Source: Polyangiales bacterium
GTDB lineage: Bacteria; Myxococcota_A; Polyangia; Polyangiales; Polyangiaceae
Reading direction: 5' to 3'
Assembly: GCA_038231275.1 (NCBI GenBank)
Contig: JBBRLQ010000008.1
Location: 192,001 to 256,000 of the forward strand
Length of the DNA: 64,000 bases
Under the pieces are notes generated by a model. The model had not been told where the DNA came from. It did no database searches and saw only the letters and a program-made list of their open reading frames with translations. The position numbers and the translations under genes were made by a program. Of the stretch, positions 42,216 to 52,409 are shown one piece after another. Numbering within the stretch: position 1 is the first letter of the stretch; each line of letters starts with the position of its first letter.

Positions 42216-43121
42216 TCACCAAAGGAGCGCGCGGATCGCGAGGTCCACGAGATCCTCGGTGAGGTCGACGCGGCGGCGAAAGTCGGTCGTCTCGCGCAAC
42301 GACTCGTTCATCATTGCGACGTGGGCGGCGGCCTGGGCTTTCTTGAAGTGTTCGTCGCGTGCGGCCTCGCGGTCGCGATCGCGCGCCGCGAGCTGCTTCT
42401 TCGCAAGCTCGAGGCCGCCGCTGGCGACCCACTCGACCGCTTGCGTGAGCTCGCCGGAATCGAACCAGGTTCCGTGTAGTTTGCATACGTCGACGACGAC
42501 TCCGCTCTTTCGGCCGAAATTCACGCGGTTCATCGGCTGGTGGCACTGCGGGCACTTCAGGTAGCGGACCGCGCCCTCCTCGACGGCGTGGCGCGCGCGC
42601 TCGAACGGGCGCGCGTCCTTCACCGGCAAAGGGCCGCTCGTCTCGCGCTCCTCGACGATTCGCGCGAGCGACGCGTGGTCGACGAAGACGCCGCCGCACG
42701 CGGAGCACTCGACGAGGCCGCGATCACCGAGCGTCGAGAGCTTACCCTCGCAGCGCGGGCACGGCGCGCCGGCCGGGTCGAGGAGCGGCTCGAGCTCGAG
42801 CGCGTGGCCACACCGGGCACACGCGCGATCGCCGGTCTTCTGGAGCGCGAAGCAGGTCGGGCAGCGTACCTTGGAGAGGCGGACCTCGCAGTGGGGGCAG
42901 GTGGCGATGCTTGGCGGGCACATGCCTCCACAAAACGGGCACGCGATCTCCGGAGACTCGAGGATCGGGCGATCCTCCGCCGCGCGGTACGGGCTGGCGC
43001 TCTTGGCCTGAACGGGCGCCTGCGCGCTCGCACGGTTTTCGACGCCGCACGACGCGCAGCGGACGAGGCCGCCGGGGAAGACATGCACCTCGAGCTCGGC
43101 GTCGCACCCCGCGCAGCGCAT
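42216..43121 (-). CDS. multi zinc-ribbon protein (double zinc ribbon plus zf-TFIIB-like)
   Basis: Many CxxC pairs; CPQC..MNR..VDVCKLHGTWFDSGEL. Confidence 0.85.
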   Translation of the reverse strand: MRCAGCDAELEVHVFPGGLVRCASCGVENRASAQAPVQAKSASPYRAAEDRPILESPEIACPFCGGMCPPSIATCPHCEVRLSKVRCPTCFALQKTGDRACARCGHALELEPLLDPAGAPCPRCEGKLSTLGDRGLVECSACGGVFVDHASLARIVEERETSGPLPVKDARPFERARHAVEEGAVRYLKCPQCHQPMNRVNFGRKSGVVVDVCKLHGTWFDSGELTQAVEWVASGGLELAKKQLAARDRDREAARDEHFKKAQAAAHVAMMNESLRETTDFRRRVDLTEDLVDLAIRALLW

Positions 43122-43134
43122 CGCGGCCGTCCCT

Positions 43135-44916
43135 CTACCCGTTTCGCTGGCGTCGGGCGCGGCGCGCGAGGGGCCCGAGGCCGCCGCCGATGCCGGCGCC
43201 GAGGAGGCTCACGATGAAGAGCCCGGTGTCGTAGAGCCCGCCGGCGACCGCGTGCGAGTCGCGCAGAAGCACCGTGAAGAGGACGCGCATCAGGAACGCG
43301 GCGGCGCCATAGGCGACGAGCGCGGCGGTCGCGGTCCTGCGGAGATCCGCGGCGAGCTGGAGGGCGCGCATGCTGTTCGGCCAAACGACCTTGTGGACGT
43401 GGAGCGCGAAAAGGACCGTCGGCGTCGCGGCGGCGAGCATGCTGCCGAGGATGAGGAGGACGCTCTCGGTGATCGTCAGCTCGCCGGCGTGGAAGAACCG
43501 CACGACGCCCGCGAGCGCGTCGACGAAGCCGCCCGTCAGCCACAGGCCGACCACGCCGCCGAGGAGTACGATCGTCGGCCGCGCCATCTTCGCCGCGCCC
43601 GGAGCCGGCGCCGTCGGCGTGTGCGCGAGGCCGGCGAACATCGTCCGCGCAGTGGCGTCGAGGCTGAGCGCGCTGCTCGACGGCGGCGCGTCGACGTGGA
43701 TGCGCGAGAGGCTCGCGCCCGGATCGAACGGCGCCAGCGCGCGCTCGAGATCGGTCATCGTCTGGAAGCGATCGCGCGGGTCCTTGGCCATCGCGCGCTG
43801 GATGACCAGCTCGACGCCCTCGGGGAGGCGCGGCTCGATCGTGCGCGGGCGGATCGGCTCCTCGGTGAGGACGGCGGTGAGGATCGCCCCCGGATCGTCG
43901 GCGTCGAACGCCTTCTTGCCGGTCACGAGGTGGTAGAGCGTCGCGCCGACCGCGTAGACGTCCGCGCGCTGGTCCACCGACGCGTCGCCGCGCGCTTGCT
44001 CGGGCGCCATATAGCTCGGCGTGCCCATGATCATCCCGGTGCGCGTGAGGTTCGTGTTCCGCTGCGCCGCCTTGCTGATGCCGAAGTCGAGCACCTTGAC
44101 GCGCCGGTTTGCGCCCTCGCCGACCAGGAAGACATTCTCCGGCTTCATGTCGCGGTGGACGATCCCGCGCGCGTGCGCCGCGACGAGCGCGTGGCACACC
44201 TGCCGAATGATCCGCACCGCCTCCATCGACTCGAGCTTGCCGGCCTTGTCGAGGTACGCGCCGAGCTCGACGCCCTCGAGGAACTCGCCGACCAGGTACG
44301 GCCGCCCGTCGACGGTCCGATGAACGTCGAACACGTCGACGACGTTCTCGTGGCTGATCGCGCTCGCGCTCTCAGCCTCGCGCTGGAAGCGCGTGACGAC
44401 CTCCGGCTGACGCGCCAGATCGGCGTGCAGGACCTTCACCGCGAACCGCCGATCCTTGAGGCGCAGGTGACGTGCCTCGTAGACGCGCCCCATTCCGCCT
44501 TCGCCGACGACGCGCACGATCTGGTACGTCTCACCGAGGAGCTTGCCGAGGAGCGGATCCTCCTGGGCCTCGTCGTCGCTGAGCGGCGTCGCGTCGCGCG
44601 GGCAGAGGAGGAAGTCGCCCGGGTAGCGCGTGTCGCACGACGTGCAGTGCTTGGTCAGCGGCAGGTCGCCGCCGAGCGCGGGAGCCCGGTAGGACGGGGC
44701 GGGAGAGACCGACGGCGACGCCTCGGGCGGAAAAGGAGGAGGCGCCGGGACCGTGATCGGGCGCATGCCGATAGGGGTCGCGCCCGCCGGCGAGCGGGGC
44801 ATCGGATCGGTCGATGGACGCGGAATTTCCCTGGCGCTGGCCGGAGTTGGCATCGTCTGCGAAATCCGCTCCGGAGTGAACTCGCCGGGCTTGTCGCCTG
44901 AGAGCGGCGTGGACAT
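43135..44916 (-). CDS. Ser/Thr protein kinase with N-terminal zinc-ribbon and C-terminal TM helices
   Basis: CTSC..CPRD, GEGGMG, FAVK, HRDMKPEN, DFG, GTPSYMAPE; about four TM segments; start uncertain. Confidence 0.92.
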   Translation of the reverse strand: MSTPLSGDKPGEFTPERISQTMPTPASAREIPRPSTDPMPRSPAGATPIGMRPITVPAPPPFPPEASPSVSPAPSYRAPALGGDLPLTKHCTSCDTRYPGDFLLCPRDATPLSDDEAQEDPLLGKLLGETYQIVRVVGEGGMGRVYEARHLRLKDRRFAVKVLHADLARQPEVVTRFQREAESASAISHENVVDVFDVHRTVDGRPYLVGEFLEGVELGAYLDKAGKLESMEAVRIIRQVCHALVAAHARGIVHRDMKPENVFLVGEGANRRVKVLDFGISKAAQRNTNLTRTGMIMGTPSYMAPEQARGDASVDQRADVYAVGATLYHLVTGKKAFDADDPGAILTAVLTEEPIRPRTIEPRLPEGVELVIQRAMAKDPRDRFQTMTDLERALAPFDPGASLSRIHVDAPPSSSALSLDATARTMFAGLAHTPTAPAPGAAKMARPTIVLLGGVVGLWLTGGFVDALAGVVRFFHAGELTITESVLLILGSMLAAATPTVLFALHVHKVVWPNSMRALQLAADLRRTATAALVAYGAAAFLMRVLFTVLLRDSHAVAGGLYDTGLFIVSLLGAGIGGGLGPLARRARRQRNG

Positions 44917-45004
44917 TCGCTGCATGATACCAGCCGTTGCCTCCCGTCGCGCTCCCAAACGGGGCGTCGCGATTTCGTCACCGGGGGCCGCCTCGTGATC
45001 GCGA

Positions 45005-45032
45005 TTGACGGGGGCGAGCCCCCGCCTATACT
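45005..45032 (+). promoter_or_regulatory. sigma-70-type promoter of rpsO-pnp
   Basis: TTGACG-N16-TATACT. Confidence 0.75.
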
Positions 45033-45184
45033 GCGCGCCGGTCCGCCCGGATGCTCCGGGCCCGCTGCCGCAACACCTCGAAATTCGGGGCGTTCCGGCG
45101 AGAGGTCGAGCGGTCTTTCAACGGCCTTCACGGGCCTCACTACTCGACCCCAAAAACCCGCATCGCACAGGAAGTTTCGCCCCC

Positions 45185-45454
45185 ATGCCGCTTCACACCG
45201 ACAAGAAGGTCGACCTCATCGAGAAGTTCCGCACGCACGAGTCCGACACGGGCTCGCCCGAGATCCAGATCGCGCTCCTCACCGAGCGGATCGGGTACCT
45301 CACGGAGCACTTCAAGACCCACGTGAAGGATCACCACTCGCGCCGGGGCCTCCTCAAGATGGTCTCCAAGCGCCGCGGCCTCCTCAACTACTTGAAGAAG
45401 ACGAGCCTCGAGCGCTACCGCAAGACCGTCGCCGCGTTGAACCTCCGCAAGTAA
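45185..45454 (+). CDS. rpsO: 30S ribosomal protein S15
   Basis: [26 protein letters not shown], 89 aa. Confidence 0.99.
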   Translation: MPLHTDKKVDLIEKFRTHESDTGSPEIQIALLTERIGYLTEHFKTHVKDHHSRRGLLKMVSKRRGLLNYLKKTSLERYRKTVAALNLRK

Positions 45455-45461
45455 CTCCCTC

Positions 45462-45503
45462 GAAGCGATCCGGGCATGGTGTCCGGGTCGCTTCTTCGCT
45501 TCT
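45462..45503 (+). terminator. stem-loop terminator after rpsO
   Basis: GAAGCGATCCGGGCA-TGG-TGTCCGGGTCGCTTC followed by TTCGCTTCT. Confidence 0.6.
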
Positions 45504-45655
45504 GCATCGTGCCTTGAAAACCTAGTCACTTGAACGGAACGCCTCCATCGCCTTGATCTTCGATTTCTGCGCCTGACGCCCTCGTCTTTCCGACGCCGCG
45601 TCGCACCCAGAAACCGAGGAACAAAGGTTGGAGCGGTCCGAGAAAGGTCCGTCCC

Positions 45656-47899
45656 ATGGCCTTCGTCCGCGAATCCGTCCTCATCAACGGCAAGCCCCTC
45701 ACCTTCGAGACCGGCCGCCTCGCCAAGCAGGCGCACGGCTCGATCCTCATCAGCTACGGCGAGAGCATGGTCCTCGTCACCGCGGTCAGCGGCGAAGAGC
45801 GCCCCGGTCTCGATTTCTTTCCGCTCACCTGCGAGTACGTCGAGAAGACGTTCGCGGCCGGCAAGATCCCCGGCGGCTTCTTCAAGCGCGAGGCGCGCCA
45901 GCGCGACGAGGAGATCCTCACCTGCAGGTTGATGGACCGCCCGTGCCGCCCGCTCTTCCCCGAGGGGTACCGCAACGACACGCAGGTCATCGCGACCGTG
46001 CTGTCGGCCGACAAGGTCCACCAGACCGACGTGCTCGCCGTCACCGGCGCGAGCGCCGCGCTCCACATCTCGGACATCCCGTGGGCGGGTCCGCTCGCCG
46101 CCATCCGCGTCGCGCGCGTCTCCGGTGAGCTCATCGTCTTCCCGACGTTCGAGCAGCAGGCCGCCGCCGACATCGACATGGTCGTCGCGTGCACGAAGGA
46201 CGCGATCTGCATGGTCGAGGGCGGCGCCGCCGAGGCGAGCGAGGCCGACCTCATCGACGCGCTCTTCTTCGCGCACCGCGCCGCGCAGCCGGTCCTCGAG
46301 CTCATCGAGAAGCTCCGCGCCGCCGTCGGCAAGACCAAGCGCGTGTGGGAGCCCAAGGTCCTCGACGCCGCCATCGCGAAGCGGGTGGCGGATCTGTGCG
46401 ACAAGGGCATCATCGAGTCGTCGCTCATCAAGGACAAGAAGGCCCGCTACGACGGCTACAAGGCCACCAAGACCAAGATGGTCGAGACGCTCACCGCCGA
46501 GATCGGCGCCGAGAAGTTCGCGGCCAACGAGAAGCTCATCAAGGGCGAGTTCGACGAGCGCAAATACGTCGTCGTCCGCGAGTACGTCCTCACCGAGAAG
46601 AAGCGCATCGACGGCCGCGACAGCAAGACGATCCGCGCGATCGCCACCGAGGTCTCGATCCTCCCGCGCGTGCACGGCTCCGCGCTCTTCCAGCGCGGCG
46701 AGACGCAGGCCATCGTCACCACGACCCTCGGCACTTCGGCCGACGAGCAGAAGATCGACGCGCTCACCGGCGAGCGGTGGAAGCGCTTCCTCCTCCACTA
46801 CAACTTCCCGCCCTTCTCGACTGGCGAGACCAAGCCGATGCGCGGCCCCGGTCGTCGCGAGATCGGCCACGGCGCCCTCGCCGAGCGCGCGCTCTTGCGC
46901 ATGATCCCGGAGCAGGAGAAGTTCCCGTACACGATCCGCATCGTGAGCGAGACGCTCGAGTCGAACGGCAGCTCGTCGATGGCGGCGGTCTGCGGCGGCA
47001 CGATGTCGATGATGGACGCCGGCGTCCCGATCAAGTCGCCGGTCGCGGGCATCGCGATGGGCCTCATCTCCGACGGCAAGCGCACGGCGATCCTGAGCGA
47101 CATCCTCGGCGACGAAGATCACCTCGGCGACATGGACTTCAAGGTCTGCGGGACCACGAAGGGCATCACCGCGATCCAGATGGACATCAAGATCGCCGGG
47201 CTCTCCCGCGAGATCATGACGCAGGCGCTCGACCAGGCTCGCGACGGCCGCATCCACATCCTCGGCAAGATGCTCGAGACGCTCGACCAGCCGCGCGCCG
47301 ACCTATCGAAGTACGCACCGCGCATCACCACCCTCAAGGTGAAGCCCGATCAGATCCGCCTCGTCATCGGACCCGGCGGCAAGACGATCAAGGGCATCAT
47401 CGACCAGACCGGCGTAGCGATCGACGTCGAGGACGACGGTACGGTCAACGTGGCCTCGAGCGATCCGGAGGCCGTGAAGAAGGCCCTCGACATCATCAGG
47501 GGCCTGACCGCGGAGCCGGAGGTCGGCGCCACGTACAAGGGCGCCGTCCAGCGCATCACCGACTTCGGCGCGTTCGTCGAGCTCCTCCCGGGGACCGACG
47601 GCCTGCTCCACATCTCGGAGATGGCGCACACGCGCGTCGACAAGGTCACCGACGTGATGAAGGAAGGCGACATCGTCGAGGTGAAGGTCCTCTCCGTCGA
47701 TCGCGACGGCAAGGTCCGCCTCACGCGTCGCGAGCTCCTCCCCTTGCCGGAAGGCGAAGAGGGCGAGCGCGCGAAGGAGCGCATGCTCGCGGCCCGCGAG
47801 TCGGGCGGAGCGCCTCCGCGCCGCAGCGGCGGGGGGGATCGTGATCGCGGGCCGCGGGGTGGTGGCGACAGGGGCGGGCCTAGGGGCCCGCGGCGGTAA
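45656..47899 (+). CDS. pnp: polyribonucleotide nucleotidyltransferase
   Basis: ETGRLAKQA, IPGGFFKRE, RREIGHG, SNGSSSMA, EDHLGDMDFK, KH and S1 domains. Confidence 0.99.
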   Translation: MAFVRESVLINGKPLTFETGRLAKQAHGSILISYGESMVLVTAVSGEERPGLDFFPLTCEYVEKTFAAGKIPGGFFKREARQRDEEILTCRLMDRPCRPLFPEGYRNDTQVIATVLSADKVHQTDVLAVTGASAALHISDIPWAGPLAAIRVARVSGELIVFPTFEQQAAADIDMVVACTKDAICMVEGGAAEASEADLIDALFFAHRAAQPVLELIEKLRAAVGKTKRVWEPKVLDAAIAKRVADLCDKGIIESSLIKDKKARYDGYKATKTKMVETLTAEIGAEKFAANEKLIKGEFDERKYVVVREYVLTEKKRIDGRDSKTIRAIATEVSILPRVHGSALFQRGETQAIVTTTLGTSADEQKIDALTGERWKRFLLHYNFPPFSTGETKPMRGPGRREIGHGALAERALLRMIPEQEKFPYTIRIVSETLESNGSSSMAAVCGGTMSMMDAGVPIKSPVAGIAMGLISDGKRTAILSDILGDEDHLGDMDFKVCGTTKGITAIQMDIKIAGLSREIMTQALDQARDGRIHILGKMLETLDQPRADLSKYAPRITTLKVKPDQIRLVIGPGGKTIKGIIDQTGVAIDVEDDGTVNVASSDPEAVKKALDIIRGLTAEPEVGATYKGAVQRITDFGAFVELLPGTDGLLHISEMAHTRVDKVTDVMKEGDIVEVKVLSVDRDGKVRLTRRELLPLPEGEEGERAKERMLAARESGGAPPRRSGGGDRDRGPRGGGDRGGPRGPRR

Positions 47900-47911
47900 G
47901 GCTGCCGCCGC

Positions 47912-48027
47912 TACCTTCGCCTGGTGGGGGACCTTGCGGTCCCCCCTCACGAGCGTTTCGCTCGTGAGCCTCCCCCGCGCGTCGCGTTGCGAGGTCGTGC
48001 TTCGCACGACGGGGCGGGAGGGAGACG
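47912..48027 (-). repeat. structured multi-hairpin element, family A copy 2
   Basis: Reverse complement aligns to 32531-32634 with compensatory stem changes. Confidence 0.8.
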
Positions 48028-48030
48028 CGA

Positions 48031-49392
48031 CTAGCGTTTGGTTAGGATGAGGTAGCGCTTGCCGGATAGGCGGAGCGTCGACGTGACTTCGTAGCGTTCT
48101 CGGATGAGGGAAGATGCTAGGAGGCGGTCTTCGACGACGCGCGGGGGATCGTAGAAGACGAGTGCGTCGGGGTTGCGGGCCAGAAGGAACGCGGGGTCGA
48201 CGCGCTTGGAGGTGTGGCCGCCGGGGAGGACGGCGATGGTGGGATCGGTGAGGCCCGCGAGGTCCACGATCGTGGCCTCGGTGGCCGCCGAGAGCCAGCC
48301 CACGTCGAGGACGGCGACGATGTGTGCATCCTGCAACAATGGGCGCGCCGACGCGACGAGCTCTGCGCGATCTCGGCCGACGTGGCGGCCTGCCGGCGCG
48401 GCGACGACGTCGATGTAGATCTCGAAGCCGAGCGCCAAGGCGGAGCGGACGGCGAGGCTCCACCGGCGCGCGTGGGGGGCGAGGAGGACCGACGCGAGCA
48501 GCAGCGACGGCGCGATGGGGACGAGGAGGCGCGCGTACGGCATCCAGTCACCACCGACCGCCGCGACGACGAGGACGTGAACGAAGCCGGCAACGGCGAG
48601 CGCGCGGGCCTCTCGCGACGCGCCTTTGAGCGCCCGCGGCGCCAAGGCGAGCAGCGGGCCGCCCGTGACGAGCGCCGCAACGAAGGCGTACGTGACGCCG
48701 TGGTCGAGATCGCTCGGCTTCGCGAGGACCGCCAAGGGCGCCGCACGTCCGAAGCAGACGAGCCGCACGAGCACGCACGCGGCGAACGGCGCGAACGCCG
48801 CGAGGCCCGCCAGCGCGCGCGCGCGCGAGGTGCTCGCGAACAGGACTGCCAGCGCCACCGCCCATGGGGCCATCTCCGGGCGCAGCGACGCCGCGAGGCC
48901 GGCCACTACTGCCGCGCGCATGGGCCGGGCAGCGCTCGTGGCGGCCGTCGTCGCGAGCGCGAGCGCCAGCGCGGTTTCCATCCCGCTCACGGCGTGCGCG
49001 CCGATCGGCACACAAAGCGCGAGCGCGACGAACGCGACGATCTTTGCCGCGCGAGGCGCTGGCGCCGAGACGATGGCCGCGCCCCACGCCGCGGCGGCGG
49101 CGAGCCAGACGGCCAACCCCATGCACTTTGCACGCATCAGCACGTCGAGCGCGCTCCCGCCGGCCAGCGGCACCAGGAGCGGCGCCCATGGAAGTGGCGT
49201 CACGCCGTCGGTGGCGGCGCCTCCGGCATTGAAGACGTAGCCCTCGCCGGCGAGCAGATGGCGCGCGTACCGCACGGGAATGAGCGCGTCGTCGACGGTG
49301 AACCCCCACATTGCGATCGCCGGGATCGACGCCGCGACGATGCCGAGGATCGCCCCTAGCAAGGCGGGACGGGCGTGTCCAAATCCCTCCAT
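48031..49392 (-). CDS. polytopic membrane protein, probable GT-C glycosyltransferase (AftB-like)
   Basis: VDDALIPVRYARHLLAGEGYVFN, SGMET, RPE, GGDWMPYAR, DLAGLTDP.IA motifs; many TM helices. Confidence 0.7.
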   Translation of the reverse strand: MEGFGHARPALLGAILGIVAASIPAIAMWGFTVDDALIPVRYARHLLAGEGYVFNAGGAATDGVTPLPWAPLLVPLAGGSALDVLMRAKCMGLAVWLAAAAAWGAAIVSAPAPRAAKIVAFVALALCVPIGAHAVSGMETALALALATTAATSAARPMRAAVVAGLAASLRPEMAPWAVALAVLFASTSRARALAGLAAFAPFAACVLVRLVCFGRAAPLAVLAKPSDLDHGVTYAFVAALVTGGPLLALAPRALKGASREARALAVAGFVHVLVVAAVGGDWMPYARLLVPIAPSLLLASVLLAPHARRWSLAVRSALALGFEIYIDVVAAPAGRHVGRDRAELVASARPLLQDAHIVAVLDVGWLSAATEATIVDLAGLTDPTIAVLPGGHTSKRVDPAFLLARNPDALVFYDPPRVVEDRLLASSLIRERYEVTSTLRLSGKRYLILTKR

Positions 49393-49471
49393 CCTCCGCA
49401 GAAAACTACGTTCCGTCGCGCGCACTACCTACGATTCGTACTCGGCACGCCATCGGCGGGCCATCCAAAGA

Positions 49472-51820
49472 ATGCGCTCCTTCGAGATCTTCGTCGGCCA
49501 CCGAGCTTCTCAACCCTCCACGGGCTCCCTCGAGCGCGGGGCGCCATCCTCTGGCGTCGTGCGCGGGAACCCCACGCTGCGCCGCGCGCGCGAGGTCCTC
49601 GACGTCTTCGTCGAAGGAGCCAACGTGACCGCGCGCATCGAAGGGAGCCACACCTCGTGCATCCTGCGCGACCTGGGTCTGGCCCTCGCCGACCTGGCGC
49701 GGGCGCCACGCGGGAAGGCGCTGGTGCGCTTTTACGACGACGCGTGGGAGCTGGCGATCGAGCGCATCGGTGCGCGCGCGATGCTGAGCGTCTACCACGG
49801 CGGCCAGGACCCGCGCGTCGCCGTGTACGATCGCGCGGTCGTCTTCTCCGAGGTCGTCGACAGCGCCCGAGAAGCAATCGCCGCGGCGATCGAGCGCGGC
49901 ACCGCCCCTCCGGCGGTCGAAATCGAGCTCCGCGAGGCAGGACAGGCGCTCGCCGCGGTGGATCGCGCGTCGTGCGAGGCGCTGGCGCCCGAGCCGGAGA
50001 CGAGCCTCGTGCAGGTCGAGCCGGAGCGCGACGCGCCGATCGCCTTCGCCGCCGAGTTCATGATGCGCCTCGGCGACACCGAGAGGCGCGACGTCCTCGT
50101 CGAGCGCACCGATCTCCACGCGCTCCTCTTCCGCGGCAAGGTCCGCGCGGAGGTTCGCGGGCGGTCCGTCGACGCGGGCGAGGGGCATCCGTTCCTCTTC
50201 GCCGAGCGCCTCATCGAGCTCTCGCGCGACGCGCTCCGCGCCTGGGAGCGCGGTCGTCCGATGAACGTGCGCGTGGAGGCCGGCGGCATCGTGGTCGGTC
50301 TCCGCGTGTCCGCCGAAGGAGACTGCGCGCTCACGCAGGGCGCGGCGACCTTCCCCGCCCTCTCGGTCCCCGACGTCGTCGAGGCCGCGCTCAGCTTCGG
50401 CCGCACCCTCGTGCGCGCCTTGGTCCGCCGCGATCGCGCGAGCCGCGCGAACCTCCGCCTCTCCGCGCTGCGCCAGAAGCTCCGCGACACCGCCGATCAC
50501 CTTCGCGAGGCGCGCCTCGAGGACGCAAAGATCAACGACGCGCCGGAGGCCTACCGCGCCTTCGCCCTGTCCGCGCAACTCCGTACGAGCCCAGCCAACG
50601 GCACGTCTGCCCCCGGGCGCCTCCGCTACACGCCACGTTGGCGCGCCATCGTGCCGCAGATCGATCTTCGCTCCACGTTCCTCTGCGGCGATCGTCTCGT
50701 CGTCGGCGCCGCGCAGGAGACCTTCTGCCTCGATCGCGTGAGCGGCGAAGTCCTCTGGCGCGCCGCCACCGAGCGCGCCACGTGCGTCGTGACCCCAGGC
50801 GGCCTCGCGCGCCTGTCCGCGACCGGGCAGCTCGACGTCCACGACTTCGGCACCGGGGAAATTTCCCTGCGAACGGAGCTCGCGCCGCGCCTCGGCGGCC
50901 CCAGCGCCGGCGCCGTCGTGCACGTGACTGGCCTGCCCCGCCTCCTCATCGTCACCGAGGGTGAGCGACACCTCGTGGCTGTCGATCTCGCGAGCGGCGA
51001 GCCGCGCTGGCGCTTCGCGTGGGCCCCCGCCAGCAAATCGCGCGCGGCGACCTCCGAGCGCGCCGCACTCCGCATGAAGCGCGCCGGCAAGCTCCTCTAC
51101 TTCACGTGCGGCGACAGCGCGCTCACCGCGCTCGACGTCTTGACCGGCGCCGTCGTCTGGCGCCTCCGGGATCGCCTCCGCTTCCAGGCCGCGCCGACCC
51201 TCGACCACGACGCCCTCTTCGCGCTCGCCGGCGGCGCCAACTGCGCCGCGCGCCTCCACGCCGTCGACGCGTTCTCGGGCCGCACCCGCTGGTCCGCGCT
51301 CGTGGAGGACGGCTCCTCAGGATGCACCGTCGAGGGCTCTCCCCTCGTCGCAGCCGAGGCCGTCGTCGTCGCTGCCCGCGATCGCCACGGCCTGCGCCTC
51401 TTCGCCTACGATCGGGACACCGGCGTGCTCCTCTGGTCGACCAAAGGCACCGCGGCCCCCGTTGGCACCAGCTGGCTCGTGGTCGACGATCTCCTCCTCG
51501 GCAACACCCCCACCGGCGATCTCGTCGCGTACTCGGCTGCCACCGGCGAGCTCCGCTATCGCCACGTCCTCGGCCGCGCGCTCGACGCCGACACCCCACG
51601 CCGCCTCGAGCCCGTCCTCCGCTCCGGCGCCCTGTTCGTTCCGTACACCGACGTCCACGTCTTCCGCCCCGGCGACGGCGCGCTCCTCGGCACCATCGCC
51701 CCGTGCGAAGCGATCCCCGATCTACTCCGCGTCGACGAGCGCTGCGACGTCTACGTTGCCGAAGAGAGCGGCCACCTCGCGTGCTTCGCGGCAGGACCAA
51801 AGCTCAGTCTCGTAAGGTGA
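49472..51820 (+). CDS. PQQ-like beta-propeller repeat protein with large N-terminal domain
   Basis: Repeated ALD..TG.V.W motifs in the C-terminal half; no evident signal peptide. Confidence 0.8.
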   Translation: MRSFEIFVGHRASQPSTGSLERGAPSSGVVRGNPTLRRAREVLDVFVEGANVTARIEGSHTSCILRDLGLALADLARAPRGKALVRFYDDAWELAIERIGARAMLSVYHGGQDPRVAVYDRAVVFSEVVDSAREAIAAAIERGTAPPAVEIELREAGQALAAVDRASCEALAPEPETSLVQVEPERDAPIAFAAEFMMRLGDTERRDVLVERTDLHALLFRGKVRAEVRGRSVDAGEGHPFLFAERLIELSRDALRAWERGRPMNVRVEAGGIVVGLRVSAEGDCALTQGAATFPALSVPDVVEAALSFGRTLVRALVRRDRASRANLRLSALRQKLRDTADHLREARLEDAKINDAPEAYRAFALSAQLRTSPANGTSAPGRLRYTPRWRAIVPQIDLRSTFLCGDRLVVGAAQETFCLDRVSGEVLWRAATERATCVVTPGGLARLSATGQLDVHDFGTGEISLRTELAPRLGGPSAGAVVHVTGLPRLLIVTEGERHLVAVDLASGEPRWRFAWAPASKSRAATSERAALRMKRAGKLLYFTCGDSALTALDVLTGAVVWRLRDRLRFQAAPTLDHDALFALAGGANCAARLHAVDAFSGRTRWSALVEDGSSGCTVEGSPLVAAEAVVVAARDRHGLRLFAYDRDTGVLLWSTKGTAAPVGTSWLVVDDLLLGNTPTGDLVAYSAATGELRYRHVLGRALDADTPRRLEPVLRSGALFVPYTDVHVFRPGDGALLGTIAPCEAIPDLLRVDERCDVYVAEESGHLACFAAGPKLSLVR

Positions 51821-51922
51821 GCGAAAAGCGCACCGCACCGCTGCGCCTCTCGAGGGCTGGTCAATGAAGGAACCAGGTCCTCGATTTGCGGGCATCGGGC
51901 ATTCGTGCGACGATCTTTCGGA

Positions 51923-52348
51923 ATGCCCGATCGGCAGGTCTGCATCGACTGCGGGACGCTCTCTCCCGAGACGGAGACGAACTACACCCTCATCAGCTCC
52001 CAGTTCGGCTGGCGGCTGACGCGGACGCGTACGGCCGACGGCCAATTCAACATCGAATGGCGCTGCCCCGCGTGCTGGAAAGACCACAAGCGCGCGAAGC
52101 AAGCGACCGACGAAGCGCGCAACGCGACGAGCAGCATCCCCCCACCCTCGCCCGGGCGTCCCCTCCCGAGCTTCCCCTCGCGCCCGCCGCTCCCGGAAGA
52201 AGAGCCGACCCTCCAGCGCGCGGCCATCAGTCGACCGCCGACGCCGGGAGCGCCCCTCCGCCCCCGCACCGGCCCATCGTCGACGCCCGCCGACGGCTCT
52301 CCCATCCCCGGCCGCCTCCCCCCAAGCCGCCTGCCGCCGCGCCGCTGA
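51923..52348 (+). CDS. small zinc-finger protein with Pro-rich tail
   Basis: CIDC...WRCPACW then a P/S/R-rich tail. Confidence 0.7.
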   Translation: MPDRQVCIDCGTLSPETETNYTLISSQFGWRLTRTRTADGQFNIEWRCPACWKDHKRAKQATDEARNATSSIPPPSPGRPLPSFPSRPPLPEEEPTLQRAAISRPPTPGAPLRPRTGPSSTPADGSPIPGRLPPSRLPPRR

Positions 52349-52391
52349 TTGGAGCGAAGCGCAGCGGAGCGAAACGCTCCTGAAAGGCTGC
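52343..52391 (+). repeat. short dispersed palindromic repeat, family B copy 2
   Basis: CGCTGATTGGAGCGAAGCGCAGCGGAGCGAAACGCTC..GAAAGGCTGC. Confidence 0.8.
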
Positions 52392-52409
52392 ACGCGGCGC
52401 CGCGCGGCG

